Below are positions 40,726-50,213 of a DNA stretch of 64,000 bases, piece after piece (the first letter of the stretch is position 1; every line of letters begins with the position of its first letter). A program made the position numbers and the translations under genes. The stretch comes from Hyphomicrobiales bacterium (lineage in GTDB: Bacteria; Pseudomonadota; Alphaproteobacteria; Rhizobiales; Methyloligellaceae): NCBI GenBank assembly GCA_038209695.1, contig JBBQXL010000005.1, positions 2,181 through 66,180 of the forward strand, given 5' to 3'. The notes under the pieces are model-generated. The model saw nothing but the letters and a program-made list of their open reading frames with translations. It was not told where the DNA came from and ran no database searches.

Positions 40726-41320
40726 GTCGCGCCCGGTCGAGTTTGACGCAAGCCGCATGCCGCGGGCACGACGTCAAGTGGTCGTTGACCATGCCGGTTG
40801 CCTGCATGAAGGCGTAGATAATCGTCGGGCCGCAAAATTTGAATCCGCGCGCCTTGAGGTCCTTTGACAGGGCGCGCGAAAGCTCGGTCTCGGCCGGGAC
40901 CTCGGCCATCGTCTTGTGGCGGTTGACGATCGGCTTGCCGTTCACGAAGTCCCACAGATAGGGCCCGAAGCAGGCGCCGGCCTCCATGATCTCGAGCCAA
41001 GCGCGCGCCGAGGTGACGGCACCCTCGATCTTCATGCGGTTGCGCACGATGCTCTGATCCTGCATCAGGGCTTCGACCTTCTTGTTGGAGTAGCGCGCGA
41101 TCTTCTCCGGCGAGAAACCGTCGAACGCACGGCGGAAGGCCTCCCGCTTGCGTAAGATAGTGATCCAGGACAGCCCGGCCTGAAAGCCGTCGAGCACCAG
41201 CTTCTCGTACAGCGCCCGGTCGTCACGCTCCGGCACGCCCCATTCCTCGTCGTGATAGGCGACATAGAGCGGATCGGTGCCGGGCCATGGGCAGCGCTTG
41301 GCGGCGGTCGCTCCGGTCAT
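40715..41320 (-). CDS. tag: DNA-3-methyladenine glycosylase I
   Basis: RCPW, YHDEEWG, QAGLSWITIL, GFKFCGP, GMVNDH. Confidence 0.95.
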   Translation of the reverse strand: MTGATAAKRCPWPGTDPLYVAYHDEEWGVPERDDRALYEKLVLDGFQAGLSWITILRKREAFRRAFDGFSPEKIARYSNKKVEALMQDQSIVRNRMKIEGAVTSARAWLEIMEAGACFGPYLWDFVNGKPIVNRHKTMAEVPAETELSRALSKDLKARGFKFCGPTIIYAFMQATGMVNDHLTSCPRHAACVKLDRARPNP

Positions 41321-42192
41321 GCCGTGATCTCGGCACCGGGCACGGCGAAGCGCGCGAAAGACGAACGCCGCAGCGCGATCTTGACCCTGCCGGCAGTAAG
41401 CGTCTTGCCTGCTGCCAAGGCCTCCTCGGCCCGGTCGAGCCGGATCAGCGCCAGGCCCGAGCCGCCGCTCACCGAGCCGAGCGCCCCGATCGCCACCCCA
41501 TCGGCCTCGACACTGGTGCCGGACGCCGGCAACGGCGCTTCGCCCTCGACCGGCACGATCCGTTTCCGCGCCGTGCCGCGATGCTCCATGCGCGACACCA
41601 CCTCCTGGCCGACATAGCAACCTTTGGCGAAGTCGACGCCGTTCAACTGATCGAACAGCGCCTCGTGCGGGAAAGCCTCGCCGAAGCCAAAATCGCGCCC
41701 GCCTTCAGGCACGCCCCGGCTGATGCGGAAGGCGTGATAGTCCGCGTCCGACGCCGGCTCGCAGCCTAGCTCGGCGAGAGCCGTGCCCTCTGGCAGCAAT
41801 AGGCGGAAACCAAGCTCGGCGAGTCTCGGGTCGGCATAGACGATGGCGCCGTCTTGCGGGCCAGGGCTCCCGCCCCACGCCGCCGCCACGACGCGTGACG
41901 GGTCCTCGGCGATCCCGACCTGCGCCCGCAAGCGGTAGAACGTGAGCCGCTGCAACAGCTCGTCCGCTTTGTCTTGCGCCACATCGATGAGAAATTCGCC
42001 GCCGTCCGGGGCCACGAAAAAGTCGAACAGGATCTTGCCTTGTGGGGACAGCAGGCCCGCATGGATCGCGTGGCCCTGTTGCGCCTTGCCGATATCGTTG
42101 GTGATCAGCCCTTGCAGATATTTGCGCGAATCGGCGCCACCCACGCGCAACACCGCGCGGGAGGGCAAAAGACTCGCATGGCAATGGCTCAT
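41317..42192 (-). CDS. ygfZ: Folate-binding Fe-S assembly protein YgfZ
   Basis: LQGLITND and KGCYVGQEVVSR signature. Confidence 0.92.
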   Translation of the reverse strand: MSHCHASLLPSRAVLRVGGADSRKYLQGLITNDIGKAQQGHAIHAGLLSPQGKILFDFFVAPDGGEFLIDVAQDKADELLQRLTFYRLRAQVGIAEDPSRVVAAAWGGSPGPQDGAIVYADPRLAELGFRLLLPEGTALAELGCEPASDADYHAFRISRGVPEGGRDFGFGEAFPHEALFDQLNGVDFAKGCYVGQEVVSRMEHRGTARKRIVPVEGEAPLPASGTSVEADGVAIGALGSVSGGSGLALIRLDRAEEALAAGKTLTAGRVKIALRRSSFARFAVPGAEITA

Positions 42193-42260
42193 ACCGGCCC
42201 CTTCTGCTACCAAGACCTTCGACATTTATGGGAGGGGCTGAGCCCCCGCAAGAGAAGCCG

Positions 42261-43598
42261 TTGGCCGCAATCTTCGATCTTGTCTTCAAAGGCGCCACCG
42301 TCGTCAATCAGGACGGCGCGGCACTAGCCGATATTGGCGTGAGGGACGGCCGGATCGCAGAGATCGGTTCGATCGGCGAAGGGCTCGCCGGCGAGACCGT
42401 CGGCGCGTCGGGGCTCCACATTCTGCCTGGCGTGATCGACACCCAGGTCCATTTCCGTGAGCCCGGCCTCGAGCACAAGGAAGATTTGGCTACGGGCAGC
42501 CGGTCGGCGGTGCTCGGCGGGGTGACTGCCGTGTTCGAGATGCCGAACACGAAACCTCCGACCACCAGCGCCGAAGCGCTCGCCGCCAAGGTCGCGGCCG
42601 CGACTGGCCGCATGCATTGCGACTTTGCCTTCTTCGTCGGCGCCACCCGCGACAATGTTGATGATCTCGCCGCGCTTGAGCGCCAGCCGGGCGCGGCCGG
42701 CGTCAAAGTGTTCATCGGCTCCTCCACCGGCGACCTTCTGGTCGATGACGAGGAAACCTTGCGGCGCATCCTCGCCGCGGTCAGCCGGCGCGCCGCCTTC
42801 CATTCCGAGGACGAGGCGAGGCTTCGCGAGCGCATCATGCACCAGCGCGAGGGCGATCCCGCCAGTCACAGCGAGTGGCGCGATCCACAAGCGGCGCTGA
42901 TGGCGACCGAGCGCCTGCTGCGGCTGGCGACCCAAGCCGGCAAGCGCGTTCATGTGCTCCATGTCTCGACCGGAGAGGAAATGGCGCTACTGGCCCGGCA
43001 CAAAGATGTCGCCTCGGTCGAGGTCACGCCGCAGCACCTGACGCTTGCCACGCCTGACGCCTACGAGGCTCTCGGCACCAAGGCGCAGATGAACCCGCCG
43101 CTGCGCGATCGCTCCCATCGCAAGCGGTTATGGTGGGGCCTCGAACGCGGCGTGGTCGACGTGCTGGGCTCGGATCACGCACCCCATACGCTCGATGAGA
43201 AGAGCAAGAGCTACCCGGCCACGCCGTCCGGCATGCCTGGGGTGCAGACCTTGGTGCCGGTGATGCTCGACCACGTCAATGCCGGCCGCCTGACGCTGGC
43301 CCGGTTCGTCGATTTGACCAGCGCCGGCCCGCAACGCATCTTCGGCATTGCCGGCAAGGGGCGGATCGCCGTGGGCTACGACGCCGACTTCACCATTGTC
43401 GACTTGAAGGCCGAGCGCGTGATCGAAGACCAATGGATCGGCAGCAAATGCGGCTGGACCCCCTTCGCCGGGCGACGGGTAAAAGGCTGGCCGGTCGGCA
43501 CGCTGGTGCGTGGGCGGCTCGCCATGTGGGAAGGCGAGACGCGCGAGGCGAGAGGCAAGCCGGTCCGCTTCGGCGAGGCGCTTCCGGCTACTGAATGA
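42261..43598 (+). CDS. pyrC: Dihydroorotase
   Basis: PGVIDTQVHFREPG, EMPNT, HVST, NPPLR, SDHAPH. Start uncertain (42228 also possible). Confidence 0.9.
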   Translation: MAAIFDLVFKGATVVNQDGAALADIGVRDGRIAEIGSIGEGLAGETVGASGLHILPGVIDTQVHFREPGLEHKEDLATGSRSAVLGGVTAVFEMPNTKPPTTSAEALAAKVAAATGRMHCDFAFFVGATRDNVDDLAALERQPGAAGVKVFIGSSTGDLLVDDEETLRRILAAVSRRAAFHSEDEARLRERIMHQREGDPASHSEWRDPQAALMATERLLRLATQAGKRVHVLHVSTGEEMALLARHKDVASVEVTPQHLTLATPDAYEALGTKAQMNPPLRDRSHRKRLWWGLERGVVDVLGSDHAPHTLDEKSKSYPATPSGMPGVQTLVPVMLDHVNAGRLTLARFVDLTSAGPQRIFGIAGKGRIAVGYDADFTIVDLKAERVIEDQWIGSKCGWTPFAGRRVKGWPVGTLVRGRLAMWEGETREARGKPVRFGEALPATE

Positions 43599-44160
43599 AA
43601 TAGTGCCACACCCCGTTCGGCGCGATGCCGAGCCGGTAATAGCTGTATTTGCCGGCCTTCTTCATCGGCACCGCGAGCGCCGGAGCGACGATGCGGTAAA
43701 GCTCGACCTCCTGGGCAGGGGTGAGCTTCGCCAGGTCGGTTTCGGCGAAATAGGGCCAGACATACATCTCGTCCTGGGCCTTGCCCACGCGCACGTAACC
43801 GGAAGACATCACGTCGAGCATGGCCGCCAGCACGTCGCGCCCGGTACCGTCGGCTGATTGTTTCTTCCAGAAGGCGATGGGGTCGTCGACATAGGAAGCG
43901 GCGACCATCGGCTTCAGCTCGTTCGATTCGAATACCGGCCGCAGGGTCTCGATCTCGCCGCTTTGCGCCGCCGTCGCGATCTGCTCCAGCATGTGCTTGA
44001 CCGGATCGGGCAGCGCGTTGAAATCATAGAGCACCGTCGGGGTGCCGGCGGTCGCGCCGGAAGGGGATTTGGGTGCCTCGTTCTGAGCGTAGACAAGGGC
44101 TGCACCGCCGGTTACCAATGCGGCGAGGGCAATCACGACCAGGATTCTGCGGCGATTCAT
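43588..44160 (-). CDS. Exported conserved hypothetical protein
   Basis: MNRRR signal peptide; YVWPYFAE and YRLGIAPNGVWHYF motifs. Confidence 0.8.
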   Translation of the reverse strand: MNRRRILVVIALAALVTGGAALVYAQNEAPKSPSGATAGTPTVLYDFNALPDPVKHMLEQIATAAQSGEIETLRPVFESNELKPMVAASYVDDPIAFWKKQSADGTGRDVLAAMLDVMSSGYVRVGKAQDEMYVWPYFAETDLAKLTPAQEVELYRIVAPALAVPMKKAGKYSYYRLGIAPNGVWHYFIQ

Positions 44161-44287
44161 GACTGACTCCGTGACAGCGCGATCAATTTCGCAGATCGGG
44201 AAGCGAGCGCAAGTGCGTGCCGTAACGACGCCGGCGCCAAGCGCTCCCGCTTCGGCGTCATCTCCGATGAGCGAATAGGCCCTGGCC

Positions 44288-44950
44288 TTGCAGGCAGGCG
44301 CGCAAATCGTCCTAACCACCCTTCAGCTCGTGCTTGCCGGCCTTGGCATCGGCGTGCTGATGGCGGCGCCGATCGGGCCGGTGAACGTTCTCGTCATTCA
44401 GCGGGCGGTGGCGGGCGGCTTCTGGGCCGGGCTCGCCGCGGGCCTCGGCGCCGTGGCCGGCGACGGGTTGTTGGCGGCGATCGCCGCTTTCAGCGTCACC
44501 GCCATCTCCAATGTGATGACGGCCTATGCCGGCTACATTCAATTCATCGGCGGCCTGCTGCTGATGGCCTTCGGCCTTGCGCTATTGTTCACCCGGCCTG
44601 CTCTGACCATTCCGCTGGGAGAGAAATCGCATCTCCTGGACCATACCGGCATCATTCCGCAGACCTTTTTCCTCACCGTCACCAATCCCGGCGCCATTCT
44701 CGGCATGGCGGCGATGATCGGCGGCCTCGGTTCGCTGATGGGCGGCCTCAATACCTATCCCGAGGCGTTGCTGTTGGTGGCGGCGGTGATGGGCGGCAGC
44801 CTGTTGTGGTGGCTCGGTCTGTCGGAGCTGATCGCCACCATCAGGCACATGCTCACCGAGAGCCGGCTGAAGCTCATCAATCGCATCGCCGGCACGGTGC
44901 TGATCGCCTTCGGGCTGATCCTGCTGCTCGACGGCTTCGTGCTGCGATAA
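44288..44950 (+). CDS. LysE family translocator
   Basis: AAPIGPVN and LTVTNP motifs; about 6 TM segments. Confidence 0.88.
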   Translation: MQAGAQIVLTTLQLVLAGLGIGVLMAAPIGPVNVLVIQRAVAGGFWAGLAAGLGAVAGDGLLAAIAAFSVTAISNVMTAYAGYIQFIGGLLLMAFGLALLFTRPALTIPLGEKSHLLDHTGIIPQTFFLTVTNPGAILGMAAMIGGLGSLMGGLNTYPEALLLVAAVMGGSLLWWLGLSELIATIRHMLTESRLKLINRIAGTVLIAFGLILLLDGFVLR

Positions 44951-44962
44951 CGTCTATGCGGA

Positions 44963-45265
44963 TTATTGCGAGGTGCGGCGCAGGGTGAACTCGCCGTGAT
45001 GAATGCGGCGCGACAGGCCGCTGGTCATCTTGGCCACCGCGTCCTCGCCATAGACGCCAATGAGGTCGGCGAGGGCCGCAAACAGGGCGGCATTGGCGAG
45101 CATTTCCGGCTCGACGCCGTCATGCAGTGCCTCTTCCCAGGCATCGAGGATGTATCTGAGCGCCGCCTGCTTTAGCGCCTCGCCTTCCGGGGAGCGCAGC
45201 GTTCGACGTACTGATCGCAAATCTGGCGCCCCCTTTATGGCTGGCGAAAACCTTAGGTGTGACAA
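44963..45265 (-). CDS. Small conserved hypothetical protein
   Basis: ALRYILDAWEEALHDGVEPEMLANAALF...YGEDAV...GEFT; start uncertain. Confidence 0.75.
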   Translation of the reverse strand: MSHLRFSPAIKGAPDLRSVRRTLRSPEGEALKQAALRYILDAWEEALHDGVEPEMLANAALFAALADLIGVYGEDAVAKMTSGLSRRIHHGEFTLRRTSQ

Positions 45266-45297
45266 TTACACCCCCGTTCCGCCGCCAGGCCGACAGA

Positions 45298-45313
45298 GTG
45301 AACTAACGGTTAA
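45298..45313 (-). promoter_or_regulatory. Putative CtrA box
   Basis: Minus strand TTAA-CCGTTAG-TTCAC, with another TTAA nearby. Confidence 0.55.
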
Positions 45314-45336
45314 TCCTTAGCCTTAAATTTTAGTGA

Positions 45337-46053
45337 TTAATCAGGGGGCTCAGGCTCTTGCGCCCCAGCTGGGGCCGCCTCGGCAGGCTCGGGCGCGGCG
45401 GCCTGAGCCCTGTCTGCCGCACCCGCCGCGCCGTCTTGGGTCGCCCCGGTCTGATCCCTGCCGGGCGTCGGGGCTGCATTATCGGCATCAGGTGAGGCAT
45501 CGGGCTTCGTATCGGCCGGCCCTTTGCTGGCAAAAGTCGAGCCCTGCGCCAGGGAGGCGGCGATTGAGGCGCCTTCGCTGCTGAAGCGGACGGTGGCAAC
45601 CGTTGCGGATTGGGTGCAGGAGCGGTAGGTGCGCCGGTAGCCGCGATAACCGTCATTGAAGCTGTTGACCAGCTTGGCCCGGCGCACCGCGGTAGTGCCC
45701 TCGTTCCGCAGGATATCTTTCATCTGGTCGCGCCAGATCTGGCCTTCCTCGGCCCCGCACAGCTCACGCAAATAATGCACGGCGCCGAGAATCTCGGCCA
45801 GGCGCATCAGCTTGTTGTCATAGGGGCGATCGTCGGGGGGAGGCGGTATCGAGCTCTCCCTGGGCACGATCGGCGGCAGGTCGTCGCCGGGAGGCTTGGG
45901 GGCCCTGACTCTTGGCTTGGGGGCGACTGGTTTAGGCTGGCTGAACCAGTCAAAAAACTGGGCCTCGGCGACGGGCGCCCAGGCCATGCATGTCCAACTC
46001 GCGCACAGCGCGGCGAACGCAAGTCTCGGAAAGCGCCATTTGTGCGGACCCAT
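45337..46053 (-). CDS. TIGR02301-family exported protein
   Basis: RLAEILGAVHYLRELC, WRDQM, FNDGYRGY...C; signal peptide. Confidence 0.85.
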   Translation of the reverse strand: MGPHKWRFPRLAFAALCASWTCMAWAPVAEAQFFDWFSQPKPVAPKPRVRAPKPPGDDLPPIVPRESSIPPPPDDRPYDNKLMRLAEILGAVHYLRELCGAEEGQIWRDQMKDILRNEGTTAVRRAKLVNSFNDGYRGYRRTYRSCTQSATVATVRFSSEGASIAASLAQGSTFASKGPADTKPDASPDADNAAPTPGRDQTGATQDGAAGAADRAQAAAPEPAEAAPAGAQEPEPPD

Positions 46054-46092
46054 GGAGACTGAGTAGCGCCAATTTTTGTTGAAATCTAGCCG

Positions 46093-46539
46093 TCAGGGCG
46101 TCCGCAACCGATGCGCCGCGGTCCAAATGAGCTCGGCCGTGCCCTCGGTCATGGCCAGGGCGTCGACATCGTCCAAATGCACCCATTCGGCCGCCTCCGC
46201 GTCGCTTCCGGCCTTGAGGGTCCCGCCGCTGGGACGGCCGTAATACACGGTGAGCCGGCAGGTGACGGGTTCGCCGCTGCCGTCGCTTCCGGCCGCAACC
46301 CTCACGGTATCGACGATCCCCTCGATTTCGGCCTCGATGCCGGTCTCCTCCTTGATCTCGCGGCAGACCGCCTGGCGCGGCGTTTCGGTCCCCTCGACCT
46401 TGCCGCCGGGCAGGCTCCACAACCCGGCGAACGGGGCGCGCCCGCGTTTGACCAGCAGGATTTTGCGGTCCTTGAACAGGGCAATGCTGGCTCCGTCGCG
46501 GAGCGCGGGATCGTGGCTGGTGAAGGGGGGCGCGGTCAT
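46093..46539 (-). CDS. Nudix hydrolase
   Basis: WSLPGGKVEGTETPRQAVCREIKEETG Nudix box. Confidence 0.92.
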   Translation of the reverse strand: MTAPPFTSHDPALRDGASIALFKDRKILLVKRGRAPFAGLWSLPGGKVEGTETPRQAVCREIKEETGIEAEIEGIVDTVRVAAGSDGSGEPVTCRLTVYYGRPSGGTLKAGSDAEAAEWVHLDDVDALAMTEGTAELIWTAAHRLRTP

Positions 46540-46580
46540 GGAACGGCCTTGAGCTTGGGCCGCGCGCATTCTCAGGTCAA

Positions 46581-47177
46581 TCAGCGGCCGCCGAACAGCG
46601 CGTCGATCGCGGCTTGGCCGCCGATATCGCCGAGCGTGCCGGGATCGGCGCGGTCGGCCAGCGCCTCACCGTTGGCGATGGCGTTAGCCTCGTCGATCAG
46701 GACGCGAAGCCGCTGGGCGGCCTGCTCGCAGGTATTGTTCAGGGGGCCGGCGCTGCCGGTCAAATTGGCAGCCACCTCGGCGACCAGGGTGACGGCCTCG
46801 CCATGCAGGCGGGCCACGGCCTCGTCGAAGCGGGCGCGGATCTTGGGCGGCGCCCGGCGATAGGCGGCAATCGCCAGGTTTCTGTCGCGGAAGCCCGATT
46901 CGGCGAAATGCTCCTCATAAGTGAGCGGCCGCCACGACAACAGGTCGTCGGAAAAATCCTGCGGCTCGGACGAGATCGCCTCGAACAGCATCACCAGCTC
47001 ATGGAAATGATTGAGATAATCGCTTGCGAGCAGCGTCGATTCGTTGATGTTGGTGCCGGGGATGTGCGAGCGGAAATGCCCGATCATGGCCGAACGGAAG
47101 GCCGAGACGATATCCTCCCGGCTCACGTCCTCGTAAATATCCCCTTGGGGACGATTGGGTTTCTCGGCAGCAAGCAT
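46581..47177 (-). CDS. Conserved hypothetical helical protein
   Basis: TNINESTLLASDYLNHF, YEEHF, C-terminal QAAIDALF. Confidence 0.75.
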   Translation of the reverse strand: MLAAEKPNRPQGDIYEDVSREDIVSAFRSAMIGHFRSHIPGTNINESTLLASDYLNHFHELVMLFEAISSEPQDFSDDLLSWRPLTYEEHFAESGFRDRNLAIAAYRRAPPKIRARFDEAVARLHGEAVTLVAEVAANLTGSAGPLNNTCEQAAQRLRVLIDEANAIANGEALADRADPGTLGDIGGQAAIDALFGGR

Positions 47178-47265
47178 CGCTGTAAGGACTTACATAACTG
47201 GGCCTGGAACAAGGGGGAGTGTTGCCCGATCATGATTGCCAAACAGTTACCGGGACCCCACCCGC

Positions 47266-47946
47266 ATGTGCTCACGCTATAGCCTCACCTCGCCGCCGGA
47301 GGCGGTACGCGCCTATTTCGGCTATGGCGACACGCCGAACTTCCCGGCGCGCTACAACATCGCACCCACCCAACCCGTCGCCGTGGTGCGCCACGATCGG
47401 GACGGGCAGCGCCAGTTCAGGCTGATGCGCTGGGGCCTGCTGCCGTCCTTCGTCAAGGACCCCAAGCAATTCCCGACCCTCATCAACGCGCGCGGCGAAG
47501 AGGTGCTGGAGAAACCCTCGTTTCGCGGCGCCATGCGCTACCGGCGCTGCCTGGTCCCGGCCGACGGGTTTTATGAATGGACCGGGCCCAAGGGTAAGCG
47601 CCGGCCCTTTCTGCTGCGCCCGCGCCAGCCGCATCTGATCGCCTTTGCCGGCATCTATGAGCGCTGGCGAGACCCGGAGGGCGGCGAGATCGATACCGTC
47701 GCCATCCTCACCTGTGCCGGCAATAATAGTGTCGCCCCGCTGCATGACCGCATGCCGGTCGTGCTTCCGGCTGAGCGGTTCGAGGCTTGGCTCGACGTCA
47801 AGGGTACGACGCCGGAGGTGGCGCTCGCGCTGTTGCAACCCGCCCCCAATGATTTGCTCGAGGTGATCGAGATGGACCCCAAGATCAACGATTCCAAACG
47901 CGACGAGCCGGGCATCCAACAGCCGCTTGAACCGTCGCTGCTTTAG
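47266..47946 (+). CDS. SOS response-associated peptidase (SRAP/YedK/HMCES family)
   Basis: M-C-S-R-Y N-terminus, YNIAPTQ, INAR, GFYEW, HDRMP. Confidence 0.93.
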   Translation: MCSRYSLTSPPEAVRAYFGYGDTPNFPARYNIAPTQPVAVVRHDRDGQRQFRLMRWGLLPSFVKDPKQFPTLINARGEEVLEKPSFRGAMRYRRCLVPADGFYEWTGPKGKRRPFLLRPRQPHLIAFAGIYERWRDPEGGEIDTVAILTCAGNNSVAPLHDRMPVVLPAERFEAWLDVKGTTPEVALALLQPAPNDLLEVIEMDPKINDSKRDEPGIQQPLEPSLL

Positions 47947-47957
47947 AGGTCGATGCC

Positions 47958-48854
47958 ATGCTCCCAGCTGAAATCATCAAGCGCTTTCGCATTGAAACCG
48001 GCAAAGGCTTCAAACTGTGCGATTGCGATCCCGGCGACACGTGCGGGCTCGACATCGGCAAGAAGGACGCCAAGGAGCTGCTCGAGACCGGCGTGAAGCG
48101 CCTGTCCAAATTGCAGGAGCGACTCTATGCCGACGGGAAGTGGGCCATTCTCGCGCTCCTGCAAGGGATCGATACCTCGGGCAAGGATGGCGTCATCAAG
48201 CACGTCCTGTCCGGGGTCAATCCGCAAGGCTGCGAGGTGCATTCCTTCAAGCAGCCGAGCTCGCTGGAGCTATCTCACGACTTTCTGTGGCGCGGCGCGA
48301 TAGCGCTGCCGGGCCGCGGGCGCATCGGCATCTTCAACCGCTCCTATTACGAGGAGACGGTGGTGGTGCGGGTGCATCCTGAATTGCTCGAAAAGCAAAA
48401 TCTGCCGCCGAGGCTGATCACCGACGACATCTGGAAGCAGCGCTACCAGGACATCAACAATTTCGAATTGCATTTGGCGCGCAATGGCACCGTGCCCCTC
48501 AAATTCTACCTGAATATTTCCAAGGAGGAGCAGTTAGAACGCCTGCTGGCGCGCGCGGACGATCCGGACAAGAGGTGGAAGTTCTCCCTCTATGACGTCG
48601 AGGAGCGCAAGCTGTGGGACAAGTTCATTGCCGCCTATGAGGACACGATCCGCCATACCGCGACCGAGCAGGCGCCTTGGTATGTCGTGCCGGCCAACCA
48701 TAAATGGTTCTCGCGGCTCCTGGTCGCGGCAGTGCTGGTCGAACGGCTGGAAGCGCTCGATCTGCAATTCCCGAAATTCGACGAGGCCAGCCGAGAGGCG
48801 CTGGAGAAGGCGCAGGCCGCGCTGCACGAGGAGGAGAAGGCACTGAAGCGCTGA
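47958..48854 (+). CDS. Polyphosphate kinase 2 family protein
   Basis: QGIDTSGKDG Walker A, FNRSYYE, APWYVVPANHKW. Confidence 0.92.
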   Translation: MLPAEIIKRFRIETGKGFKLCDCDPGDTCGLDIGKKDAKELLETGVKRLSKLQERLYADGKWAILALLQGIDTSGKDGVIKHVLSGVNPQGCEVHSFKQPSSLELSHDFLWRGAIALPGRGRIGIFNRSYYEETVVVRVHPELLEKQNLPPRLITDDIWKQRYQDINNFELHLARNGTVPLKFYLNISKEEQLERLLARADDPDKRWKFSLYDVEERKLWDKFIAAYEDTIRHTATEQAPWYVVPANHKWFSRLLVAAVLVERLEALDLQFPKFDEASREALEKAQAALHEEEKALKR

Positions 48855-48875
48855 AGCGCGCAGCGCTCCTAATTT

Positions 48876-49097
48876 CTAACGGCAAAAAGTAATGTAGCAC
48901 CAGCTTCCGCGCGGCGTGCGTACGGCACACTCGCTCAAGGCGCGCGCTTTCGCCGACGAACAATAGGAGTGCGCTCCCCAGCCCCATCCATAGGAACTGC
49001 GGGCCTCGCAATAGCAGGCGAATGCTTGAGAGGGCATCGCGGCGACGACCCCGGCCAAAATTGCGGCTGACGCGATGAGCAAACTCGTCCTCTTCAT
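48876..49097 (-). CDS. Small secreted cysteine-rich peptide
   Basis: GGGAGG RBS, 27-aa signal ending AFA, 46-aa mature peptide with 6 Cys. Confidence 0.8.
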   Translation of the reverse strand: MKRTSLLIASAAILAGVVAAMPSQAFACYCEARSSYGWGWGAHSYCSSAKARALSECAVRTPRGSWCYITFCR

Positions 49098-49245
49098 GCT
49101 GCCTCCCAAGATCTTCGTTCAGATGCCGAAACCATGGCCAATCCGTACACAATTTAATGTGCCGCCACTGCGACGTGGATTGGACCACGGTAGCTTATAT
49201 GGTACCAATACTTCAGTGCCAAGAATACCGCTGAGGAGAAGGAAG

Positions 49246-49521
49246 ATGTACAAGAAAGTTACGGTGCTGACGGCTTGCATGGCCGCTACAGCTCTTTTGC
49301 TCGCGGTGGGTTCGGCTCGGGCGGAGGACGTTGCCGGCGAGGGTGGGGGTGCCACCGCGGGCGCTGCGGACATGCCCGACATCTGCAAGGCCCAAGCTGC
49401 AAAGCGAAGCCTGACTGGCGCCGAAGCAGATGAATACCTTAAGAAATGCGCGGCGCCCCTAGCCAGCGACACCGAACGAAGCGCGGTGCCTGAAGACGAG
49501 CGGCAAGAGGGCCAGCTCTAG
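49246..49521 (+). CDS. Small secreted protein with PsiF-like two-Cys repeat
   Basis: GAGGAG RBS, signal ending ARA, CKAQAAKRSLTGAEADEYLKKC. Confidence 0.7.
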   Translation: MYKKVTVLTACMAATALLLAVGSARAEDVAGEGGGATAGAADMPDICKAQAAKRSLTGAEADEYLKKCAAPLASDTERSAVPEDERQEGQL

Positions 49522-49531
49522 CTCAATTTGA

Positions 49532-50213
49532 TCACGGCTCGGACGTGACGAGCAGGATGGCAAGCCCGTCATGGCCCTTGGCGCCAACGGTCTTGAAGCG
49601 CCGTGCCGCTCGCCCGCGGGTCGGTGGCGGCAAGCTCGAAGAAGCGGCGGATGCCTTGCACATTGGCATCGCCGTCGGCGTCCAGCACGGCGCCTTCGCG
49701 CACGACATTGTCGACGATGATCAGCGAACCGCGCCGTGCCAGCTTGACCGCCCATTGGAAATAGCCGGGCGTGCCGGGCTTGTCAGCGTCGATGAAGATG
49801 AGATCGAACGGGGCTTCGCCGGCGAGGTTCGGCAGTGTGTCTTGCGCGCGGCCGACCCGCACCTCCACCACCCCAGCGAGCCCGGCGCGGGCGATGTTGG
49901 CGCGAGCGACGTCGGCACAGTCTGGATTGGCCTCAAGCGTGATGAGCCGCCCATCAGGGGGGAGGCCCCGCGCCAGCCAGATTGTGCTGTAACCGCCGAG
50001 CGTACCGATCTCCAAGATGCGGCGCGCGCCGGTCGCTCGCGCCAGCAGCATCAGCAGCTTGCCCTGATTGGGCGCCACATTGATCGGAGGCAGTCCCGCG
50101 GCTTTGGTTGCCGCCAGCGCCGCGTCCAGCGCGTCGTCGCCGGGCACCAGGCAGTCGGCGAGATACTCGTCGATCGCGGTCCAGTGTTCATCGGTCTCGA
50201 GCCGCTTCATCAC
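49532..50213 (-). pseudogene. O-methyltransferase with a +1 frameshift near the 3' end
   Basis: LEIGTLGGYS, FIDADK, IVDNV. Removing one base at about 49593 restores TALQTVGAKGHDGLAILLV and a stop at 49532. Confidence 0.8.

Noticed and set aside
47178-47265. LexA box upstream of the SRAP gene (also looked for upstream of udg and tag)
   Set aside because: No GTTC-N7-GTTC match found by eye.
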